In this document: positions 25,491-32,000 of the stretch, piece by piece | How positions within the stretch are numbered: the stretch's first letter is position 1 | Layout: each line of letters starts with the position of its first letter | NCBI GenBank assembly: GCA_048938295.1 | Contig: JBHLMI010000001.1 | Span: 29,449 to 61,448 of the forward strand | DNA from: Promethearchaeota archaeon | GTDB taxonomy: Archaea > Asgardarchaeota > Hermodarchaeia > Hermodarchaeales > Hermodarchaeaceae | DNA: 32,000 bases | Reading direction: 5' to 3' | Made by a program: the position numbers and the translations under genes | The notes under the pieces: generated by a model | Told to the model about the DNA's origin: nothing | What the model saw: the letters and a program-made list of their open reading frames with translations, nothing else | Databases searched by the model: none

Positions 25491-26873
25491 ATGGCTTCGA
25501 AAAGCGCTAAACCACTAATCAGACCAATGCTCTCTCCCAAATCCATCGTACTCATTGGAGCTAGTGATAATCCACAATCTTTCGGATTCCAAGTCGCCCG
25601 ATCCATCATCCACGATTTCGATGGACCGGTCCATTACGTTAACCCCACAGAGGCCCAGGTCTTAGGGTTCCCAACATTTGCAACTATTACCGAAGTTCCA
25701 CCCGGCTCACACTTCTGGATTATTGCCACACCCACCCGCGATCTCACCGGCACCATCAAGCACATCGGCAAACGACAGCCTGTCGGAATCCTAATGCAAT
25801 TTGAGCTGCCATCATCCCAATTTGACGAAGTTCGAAAAGCAATCTCTACGCTATCATGCCCTGTGATAGGACCCCGAAGTGCAGGCTTTTATCACTCATC
25901 ACCGTACATCGACATGATTCCTCTCCCTGCAGAGGTACTCCCTAGACCCAAGAAGGGCGCCGCTGGCGTAATCACTGATAATCGAGACGTAGCCTACGGC
26001 CTTTTTGAACAGGTCACCAAATACCGATGTGGGGTTTCCTTTTTCATCGATCTCGGTGAAACCCTTGGAATTACAGAAGGCGACGTGCTTGCTTATCTGA
26101 CCCAAGATGAAACAACCCGTGTCATCTTACTAGGTGTTGGACAAATCTCGAATCCAAAGAAATTTCAAACTGAAATCCGGAAGGCCCATCGATCCCATAA
26201 ACCAGTCATTGTCTCACTTTTCCCCCAAGAAATCACTCAACAACTCGGACTACACCGCCGAGAAGGAAAATCGATCACTCCACTAACAACCGAATTCGCA
26301 GAACAACATAGCCTCATGGTCACTTCTTCATGGGGGCGAGCTGTGGATTTGGCCTTACTTTGCCAAACACAACCACTTCCACAAGGCCAGGGCGTCGTGG
26401 CCATCTCGAACTTCGGAGCTTACTGTGTCTACGCTGCTAGTGCTCTGCACGAATCAACCCTACACCTCGCCCAGCTTAAACCCCAAACTGTCGATGCGCT
26501 CAAAGAAAACCTCCCTCCCTATTGCAGAAATGACAATCCCATCGGCCTTTACACAAACGCAGATGAAGAACGACTTGACACAGCATTGCGAATTGTCCTC
26601 ACAGACCCCAACGTTAACAGCATCATACTCAGTCTGCTCCCCGATTCACCTAATATCGATCCAGACTACCTCTACGTAATGCTCCGCCAACGACTCAAAA
26701 GCATTGAAACACCCAAAACCATTATCGCTGTCATTCCAGCGACCGAACGTGACAACCTCCTCATTCGAAGCCTCGAACAACTCAACATTCCAGTTTATTC
26801 AAATTCACACCGAGCGGTTAGCACATTAGAAAACGCATTTACACTAAACAACTTGTTAAATCCCAAAACCTAG
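25491..26873 (+). CDS. Divergent acyl-CoA synthetase (ADP-forming) alpha-subunit paralog, probably catalytically impaired
   Basis: PKSIVLIGASDNP...VNP CoA-binding domain, FFIDLG...TRVILL and NPIGL...DPNVNSII are collinear with the 27190 protein, but the catalytic motifs are altered. Start could be GTG 25482, ATG 25491 or ATG 25527. Confidence 0.75.
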   Translation: MASKSAKPLIRPMLSPKSIVLIGASDNPQSFGFQVARSIIHDFDGPVHYVNPTEAQVLGFPTFATITEVPPGSHFWIIATPTRDLTGTIKHIGKRQPVGILMQFELPSSQFDEVRKAISTLSCPVIGPRSAGFYHSSPYIDMIPLPAEVLPRPKKGAAGVITDNRDVAYGLFEQVTKYRCGVSFFIDLGETLGITEGDVLAYLTQDETTRVILLGVGQISNPKKFQTEIRKAHRSHKPVIVSLFPQEITQQLGLHRREGKSITPLTTEFAEQHSLMVTSSWGRAVDLALLCQTQPLPQGQGVVAISNFGAYCVYAASALHESTLHLAQLKPQTVDALKENLPPYCRNDNPIGLYTNADEERLDTALRIVLTDPNVNSIILSLLPDSPNIDPDYLYVMLRQRLKSIETPKTIIAVIPATERDNLLIRSLEQLNIPVYSNSHRAVSTLENAFTLNNLLNPKT

Positions 26874-26885
26874 GAGTGGATACTA

Positions 26886-27143
26886 ATTTACAAAGCATAT
26901 GTACTCATGAAAGTTGAACCCCAACAAGAAGACCGAATTCTCCGAGCAATTTCTCAGCTACCTTCAATTTCCGAGTCGCACAAACTTTTCGGAATGTATG
27001 ATATCATCGTCGAAATTGAAAGGAAAGGAATGCGCGATATCATGGAAACGGTAGCAAAAATCCGAGCCATCAAAGGAGTCGTCGATACGATCACAAACCT
27101 TGTTGCTGACTACGAAATGGATATCTCCGGTGCACCGCTCTAA
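26886..27143 (+). CDS. Stand-alone Lrp/AsnC ligand-binding (RAM) domain protein, no HTH; start codon uncertain
   Basis: YKAYVLMKVEPQQE...ESHKLFGMYDIIVEIE...KIRAIKGVVDTIT matches the AYVLI...GxYD...IxGVxxTxT pattern. The first strand lies upstream of ATG 26907, so an ATT (26886) or ATA (26880) start is proposed after the AGGAG SD. Confidence 0.8.
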   Translation: MYKAYVLMKVEPQQEDRILRAISQLPSISESHKLFGMYDIIVEIERKGMRDIMETVAKIRAIKGVVDTITNLVADYEMDISGAPL

Positions 27144-27189
27144 TACGAACTGGTGTTTCTCTGAACGGAGTATCAATTGGGGGGTTATC

Positions 27190-28581
27190 ATGGCATCGGA
27201 CTTGGAGCCGTTTTTCAATCCGAAAACGGTCGCGGTCGTCGGAGCTTCGGCACGAAAGGCTAGTGTAGGTGGTGTAATTTTCCGAAACTTCTTGAAGCCA
27301 GCCTTCAAGGGTGCAGTATATCCCATTAACCCCCGGGCCACCGATGTACTCGATATTCCAAGCTATGAACGGGTTTCATCGGTTCCAGACCCTGTAGACC
27401 TCACCGTCATCGCCGTTCCCGCAGGAATTGTTCCCAACATCATGAAAGACTGCGAAGAAAAAGGCGTAAAGGCTGTAATAATTATCAGTGGCGGATTCCG
27501 AGAAATCGGTGCCGAAGGGGCGTACCTTGAAGAACAAGTCGTTGAAATCGCTAAACGCAGCGGAATCAGAGTTATTGGACCCAACTGCGTCGGCGTCTAT
27601 GATACCAATACTGGTGTAGATACAACGTTTCTTCCCGCCTCACACATGGGTCGCCCTGGAAAAGGCTATATCAGCTTCATTAGTCAAAGCGGTGCCTTTG
27701 CAGCTGCAGTCCTTGATATGAATGCCCAATCTGGGCTGGGAGTCAGTCGAGTCGTCAGCTTTGGGAATAAAGCCGATGTCAACGAAATTGACCTCATCAA
27801 CTATCTCGGAAACGATCCAGAAACACACGTGATTGTCGAGTATCTAGAAGGTCTAACTCCAAGCACAGGGAGCTCTTACCTTCAGACGGCAAAAACGGTC
27901 ACTCAACAAAAGCCGATTATTGTTGTGAAATCTGGTCGGTCGCAGCGTGGTTCAACGGCTGCAGCAAGTCATACCGGTGCCTTGGCAGGAGATGCGCGAC
28001 TCTATGATTTTGCCTTCCATCAAGCAGGAATTCTCCCTGCCCAGGATTTTGAAGATGGCTTTGAAATGGCAAAAAGCCTTGCCTCGCAACCACCTGCGAA
28101 GGGAAACCGGGTTCTCATTGTCACCGATGCTGGCGGCGCCGGAGTGATGACTGTTGATGCTTGCGAAGCACTCGGGTTAATCGTACCAGAACCTCCAGAA
28201 AAAGAAAAACAAATCCTCCGCGAAGCTTTCCCCAGCTATTGTAGTGTCCATAATCCCATCGACCTCACAGGTGACACGGATGCAGGACGCTATCAACTTG
28301 CGTTTGATACGCTACTCGGAACACCACATTATGATGCAGCGATCGCTATTGTGATGATGCAAGTCCCCTTGCTGAATCTTGACATCGTTGATCGTTTAGT
28401 GGCTGTGGTACGCAAGTACAAGAAGCCCCTGGTCGCACTAACCGCTGGTGGCCGACTCACGATGCAAGGCGCTCGAGGTCTCGAAGAAAGAGGAATACCT
28501 GCCCTTCCTACGCCTGCTCGTGCCGCAAAGGCTCTCTGGGCCCTGGTCGAGTACGGACAACACCTTAGGAAGTTTAAATAA
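27190..28581 (+). CDS. acdA: Acyl/acetyl-CoA synthetase (ADP-forming) alpha subunit
   Basis: FFNPKTVAVVGAS, YPINP, ISGGFRE, GPNCVG, SQSGA, GNKAD, KSGRS...AAASHTGALAG (phospho-His loop), TDAGGAG and NPIDLTGD; no ATP-grasp beta domain. Start set at ATG 27190. Confidence 0.9.
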   Translation: MASDLEPFFNPKTVAVVGASARKASVGGVIFRNFLKPAFKGAVYPINPRATDVLDIPSYERVSSVPDPVDLTVIAVPAGIVPNIMKDCEEKGVKAVIIISGGFREIGAEGAYLEEQVVEIAKRSGIRVIGPNCVGVYDTNTGVDTTFLPASHMGRPGKGYISFISQSGAFAAAVLDMNAQSGLGVSRVVSFGNKADVNEIDLINYLGNDPETHVIVEYLEGLTPSTGSSYLQTAKTVTQQKPIIVVKSGRSQRGSTAAASHTGALAGDARLYDFAFHQAGILPAQDFEDGFEMAKSLASQPPAKGNRVLIVTDAGGAGVMTVDACEALGLIVPEPPEKEKQILREAFPSYCSVHNPIDLTGDTDAGRYQLAFDTLLGTPHYDAAIAIVMMQVPLLNLDIVDRLVAVVRKYKKPLVALTAGGRLTMQGARGLEERGIPALPTPARAAKALWALVEYGQHLRKFK

Positions 28582-28602
28582 CAAAACTCACCGACTTGAT
28601 CA

Positions 28603-28609
28603 TTTTTTT
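28603..28609 (+). terminator. Possible oligo-U terminator
   Basis: T7 run 21 nt after the 28581 stop. Confidence 0.4.
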
Positions 28610-28631
28610 GGTAAGGTTGGACGAGGGCACG

Positions 28632-28639
28632 TTTTATAA
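28632..28639 (+). promoter_or_regulatory. Putative TATA box for the thiolase-DUF35 operon
   Basis: TTTTATAA, about 60 nt upstream of GTG 28698; GAGGTG SD at 28685-28690. Confidence 0.5.
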
Positions 28640-28697
28640 TTGGGTGCGAATACCGTTGCTCCATTCAGCTTTCCTCGTATGAACGAGGTGTACTATT

Positions 28698-29858
28698 GTG
28701 CTCAATGTAAGCATTGTTGGCGCCGGACAAACCAAGTTCGGACGTCATGACGATTACACTTTACGGGAGCTTTTCGCCCTTGCCGCTCATGAAGCCATTG
28801 AGGATGCTGGGATTGCACCAAAAGACGTCGAAGCAGCCTTCATTGGCAACCTCTCAGCAGACCAATTCAACCGGCAAACCCACATAGCTCCCATGATGGT
28901 CGATGCTGCTGGGATGAAAGGCATCCCTGCCACGAAATGCGAAGCCGCCTGCGCCTCATCAGCCACGGCATTACGCGCTGCAATTCTTGCCGTCGAATCT
29001 GGGCAACACGAGGTGGTCATGGCGGCAGGTGTTGAAAAAATGACCGACCTCCCCACACCTGGGGTCATCGAGACACTAGCTATGGCAGCTGACCAGCCTT
29101 TCGAAGCCGAACCCGGTATCACCTTTCCAGGCATTTTCGCCCTCCTTGCCGTTGCCCATATGGCCAAGTACGGAACAACAAAAGAGCAGATGGCTGCGGT
29201 CGCCATTAAGAACCATGCCAACGCAATGCATAACCCATTAGCTCAATACCAAAAGGAAATCACTCTGGACCAAGTCCTATCGGCGCGCATGGTTGCTTGG
29301 CCCCTTGGACTCTTCGATTGCTCACCTATCACAGATGGTGCAGCCGCCATCATCATCACCCGAAATAAACTCGCGAAGAAATTCACCGATGCACCTGTAA
29401 AAATCAAGGCCTCAGCGCAAGCCAACGACAACATGGATATGAGCGACCGGACAGATCTTACTTCCTTATACTCCGCTAAAACAGCGGCTTATCATGCTTA
29501 TAAGCAAGCAAAAATCGGTTCCCAAGACATCGACGTTGCCGAAGTCCATGACTGCTTTACCATCGCCGAAATCATCGCCACCGAAGACCTTGGCTTCTTC
29601 ACACCAGGAATGGGAGGACAAGCTGTCGAAGAGGAATACACCACCATTGATGGAGAATTCGCTATCAACACTAGCGGCGGACTCAAAGCTAAAGGACACC
29701 CTGTAGGAGCAACAGGTGTAGCTCAAATTATCGAGCTCTACCACCAACTCCGAAACGAAGCCGGTAAACGCCAAGTCGACAAACCCAATTATGGTTTAGC
29801 TCATAATGTTGGAGGGTCAGGTGCAACGGCTGTTGTGCATATTTGTGAACGATGGTGA
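28698..29858 (+). CDS. Archaeal-type (SCP2-like) thiolase / acetyl-CoA C-acyltransferase
   Basis: CEAACASS (catalytic Cys), GVEKM, DCSPITDGAAA, AEVHDCFT, GGLKAKGHPVGATG and HNVGG. Confidence 0.95.
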   Translation: MLNVSIVGAGQTKFGRHDDYTLRELFALAAHEAIEDAGIAPKDVEAAFIGNLSADQFNRQTHIAPMMVDAAGMKGIPATKCEAACASSATALRAAILAVESGQHEVVMAAGVEKMTDLPTPGVIETLAMAADQPFEAEPGITFPGIFALLAVAHMAKYGTTKEQMAAVAIKNHANAMHNPLAQYQKEITLDQVLSARMVAWPLGLFDCSPITDGAAAIIITRNKLAKKFTDAPVKIKASAQANDNMDMSDRTDLTSLYSAKTAAYHAYKQAKIGSQDIDVAEVHDCFTIAEIIATEDLGFFTPGMGGQAVEEEYTTIDGEFAINTSGGLKAKGHPVGATGVAQIIELYHQLRNEAGKRQVDKPNYGLAHNVGGSGATAVVHICERW

Positions 29859-29860
29859 TT

Positions 29861-30268
29861 ATGATGAGTGAAGAAACAACGGTTAAGAAATACTTCGAGC
29901 TGATTAACGAACAGAAACTCTGTGCAGCCCATTGCGCGAGCTGTGACACTTTGCATCTTCCTCCTCGGCTCTTTTGTCCGAATTGTAATAGTAAAACAAC
30001 GGATTGGACGCAACTGAGTGGTGAAGGAACCCTTCGTTCGTTTACGGTGATTCACATTGCTGGTACAAAGTATGCTAAGGATGTCCCGTATATTGTTGCC
30101 ATCGTTGCGTTGAAGGAAGGGCCTTCGGTGTGTGCACGGTTGGTGGGTGTTGATCCTCTCAAACCCGAGGATATCCATGTCGGTGATCCTGTCATAGCTG
30201 ATTTCGAAGAGATGCCGGGATCTACTTCAGAAGAGAAAGTAATGCGCCTGGTCTTTCGTCCTGCCTGA
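29861..30268 (+). CDS. DUF35 / ChsH2-like Zn-ribbon OB-fold protein (thiolase partner)
   Basis: CASC...PPRLFCPNC, GEGTLRSFTV, VPYIVAIVALKEGP and IHVGDPV...F; abuts the thiolase stop; GGTGA SD upstream. Confidence 0.93.
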   Translation: MMSEETTVKKYFELINEQKLCAAHCASCDTLHLPPRLFCPNCNSKTTDWTQLSGEGTLRSFTVIHIAGTKYAKDVPYIVAIVALKEGPSVCARLVGVDPLKPEDIHVGDPVIADFEEMPGSTSEEKVMRLVFRPA

Positions 30269-30295
30269 GATGCTTCTTTACGATTTGAGTATTTA

Positions 30296-31624
30296 CTAGT
30301 TCTTAACCCCTAAATAGCGGAGCGTGGAAAGTGCGACGACTTTGGTCACTTTGACCAAATCGTCTATCGCGATATTTTCATCGGAGGTATGCGCAGAAGT
30401 CATGATCCCTGGGCCATACACCACTGTGGATTCAATTCCCGCACGACGGAGCAGTCGACCATCCGTGGCATAGGGAACAAGGAAGTACACTGAGGGACCA
30501 GTGATTTCGGTTGACGCGTTAAACACCGTTGTCACAAATGGGTTTTGTGTGTAATTGGGCACTGAATTTCCTTCAAAGGACTCGATGATTTTAATGTCGC
30601 AGTTGTCTCCAATGTCTTGTTGTTGTGCGTGTTTGTGTATGAAATCTACCATCTCTTGGGGCTTTTGACCGGGTAAAATTCGGAAATCTAGCTGCGCTTC
30701 ACAACGGTCTGGAACTATGTTTGGAGCCACTCCACCAGTAATAGTTCCGATATTCATGGTCGTTGTAGTAAGTCCTTCGATTCCAGCTGCCAATGGATTA
30801 GGCTCATCTCCCTGAAAGATAAAGGATTCTAGCAGTTTTGGTTCTGTGTTCAAGCTAGCTGCGAACTGGGCAATAATCGCTTCACGGGTAACCGGAGGAG
30901 GTATCGTGGGCAGTTTTTCGGTTTGTAGCGATTTAAGCAGCTTCATCATCATAGTGATCGCATTCTTGCCTGCTGCTGGAATACTGCCATGAGCCTTCTC
31001 TCCTTTGGTGGTTATTTTCAGCCAAACTGGTCCTTTTTCTCCAATATTCACTGCATACCCAAGACGGCCAATACCTGAAGGTTCTGCGACGAGCGCTGCG
31101 TTGGCTTTAATTTTTTTCCAGGCTTTGTCAATGCACCACATTGTTCCTAATCGCCCTTGCCGTTCTTCATCCCCCACGGCATTAAGAATCAGAGTTCCCT
31201 TCAACGGCACCTCTAAATCATGAAGTGCACTCATCGCTATCGTTAGGCAGGCTACTCCGCCTTTCATATCCACGGCTCCCCGTCCATAAATGTGACCGTC
31301 ACGGATTTCCGCTGCAAAGGGTTCCACTGTCCAATCTTCTCCCGGCGGAACGACATCGACATGACCATTGAACAGCATGCGCTTCCCCTTGTTCGCTTCC
31401 CAGGTGGCGATGAGATTATCGATGTTCCGGTGTGAAGAAATATATTCGGTAGCTATCCCACGCTTTTCCAGCGTTTTACCGACACAATGTGCCACTTCCG
31501 CCTCTCCACGCGTTTGCCGGTCCCAACTTGGAATCCGAATCATATCCTGACATAATCGAACCAGTTCATCTTGCAGCTCATCAATATAGTTGAGAATTTT
31601 TTGCTCCCAGTCTTCTGCTGTCAT
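30296..31624 (-). CDS. M20 family metallo-hydrolase (ArgE/DapE-like)
   Basis: FNGHVDVVPPG, GRGAVDMKGG, GDEE, AEPS, GEKG, AHGS, TDG and GPG...AHTSDE. Confidence 0.95.
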   Translation of the reverse strand: MTAEDWEQKILNYIDELQDELVRLCQDMIRIPSWDRQTRGEAEVAHCVGKTLEKRGIATEYISSHRNIDNLIATWEANKGKRMLFNGHVDVVPPGEDWTVEPFAAEIRDGHIYGRGAVDMKGGVACLTIAMSALHDLEVPLKGTLILNAVGDEERQGRLGTMWCIDKAWKKIKANAALVAEPSGIGRLGYAVNIGEKGPVWLKITTKGEKAHGSIPAAGKNAITMMMKLLKSLQTEKLPTIPPPVTREAIIAQFAASLNTEPKLLESFIFQGDEPNPLAAGIEGLTTTTMNIGTITGGVAPNIVPDRCEAQLDFRILPGQKPQEMVDFIHKHAQQQDIGDNCDIKIIESFEGNSVPNYTQNPFVTTVFNASTEITGPSVYFLVPYATDGRLLRRAGIESTVVYGPGIMTSAHTSDENIAIDDLVKVTKVVALSTLRYLGVKN

Positions 31625-31691
31625 TGGAACACCCTACGAGCATAGTCTAGTTCCTAATGCAAAAACATTGAGGGTGTTCGAGGATAGAACC

Positions 31692-31703
31692 AAATATATT
31701 ATA
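31692..31703. promoter_or_regulatory. AT-only box that could serve as a bidirectional TATA element for the divergent M20 and citG-like genes
   Basis: AAATATATTATA, midway in the 120-nt divergent spacer. Confidence 0.35.
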
Positions 31704-31744
31704 CTAGGCAGACTCTCTATCTCTTAGCCGGAGATCTCATCTTT

Positions 31745-32000
31745 ATGCCTCAGGAGATAAATGTCGAAGAGTGGCTTTGCAGCATCTCAGAGAAAGCCCA
31801 ACTGGCTATGCTCTTAGACATTCTCACTCCCAAACCTGGTAATGTACACCGATACAAGGACCACCATGATACGAGACTCGTTCATTTTGCGGCTAGTATC
31901 GCACGGTTAGCCCACCCAATCTATCAGGCAGCACGTTGGGGCTATCAACGCAACCAATCGTTGCAAGGTCCCTCGAAATTGGGAGAATTAAACAAACTCG
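31745..32000 (+). CDS. citG: Triphosphoribosyl-dephospho-CoA synthase (CitG) family protein, truncated by the window edge; not in the supplied ORF track
   Basis: Manual translation MPQEINVEEWLCSISEKAQLAMLLDILTPKPGNVHRYKDHHDTRLVHFAAS...; PKPGNVHR is the archaeal CitG-family N-terminal signature. Confidence 0.75.
   Translation, partial: MPQEINVEEWLCSISEKAQLAMLLDILTPKPGNVHRYKDHHDTRLVHFAASIARLAHPIYQAARWGYQRNQSLQGPSKLGELNKL

Noticed and set aside
26871-26873. Firm pyrrolysine call for the in-frame TAG
   Set aside because: There are no pyl genes or methyltransferase context, TAG ends several other genes here, and an SD-supported ATT start explains the data more simply.
101-31550. The many 60-145 aa ORFs in the track that overlap the main genes (for example 101-412, 11771-12016, 16787-17170, 28787-29221)
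   Set aside because: They are antisense or off-frame shadows of well-supported genes with no motifs; the similar shadow ORFs in the surface genes simply mirror the paralogous tails.
1-32000. CRISPR array, tRNA/rRNA, transposase or integrase
   Set aside because: No regularly spaced direct repeats, cloverleaf or rRNA-like segments, or DDE/tyrosine/serine recombinase motifs were seen; the intergenic gaps are short.

Overview
Archaeal-looking window: TATA-like boxes, GAGG/GGTG Shine-Dalgarno motifs, archaeal-type thiolase+DUF35, acyl-CoA synthetase (ADP-forming) alpha, beta-CASP RNase and CitG. The giant surface proteins suggest an Asgard-type archaeon, but that is inference. The flanks encode acyl-CoA/fatty-acid metabolism (two enoyl-CoA hydratases, long-chain acyl-CoA ligase, ACD alpha, thiolase/DUF35), three tandem metallo-phosphoesterases, a nitroreductase, an M20 hydrolase and a partial CitG. 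The centre (7976-23729) is a 15.8 kb tandem array of three giant single-pass membrane proteins (1395, about 1614, 2099 aa). They have different extracellular heads, Ig-like stalks of about 4, 8 and 12 repeats by manual parse, and a strongly conserved juxtamembrane motif plus a cytoplasmic 39-aa helical repeat module. This receptor-like family is the best candidate for an undescribed system. Other leads: a multi-hairpin structured element between the PHP and beta-CASP genes, and a probable pseudo-enzyme ACD-alpha paralog that is in frame, across one TAG, with an Lrp/AsnC ligand-binding domain lacking a canonical start. No rRNA, tRNA, CRISPR array, transposase or integrase was recognised. All family calls come from motif recognition by eye, not database searches.
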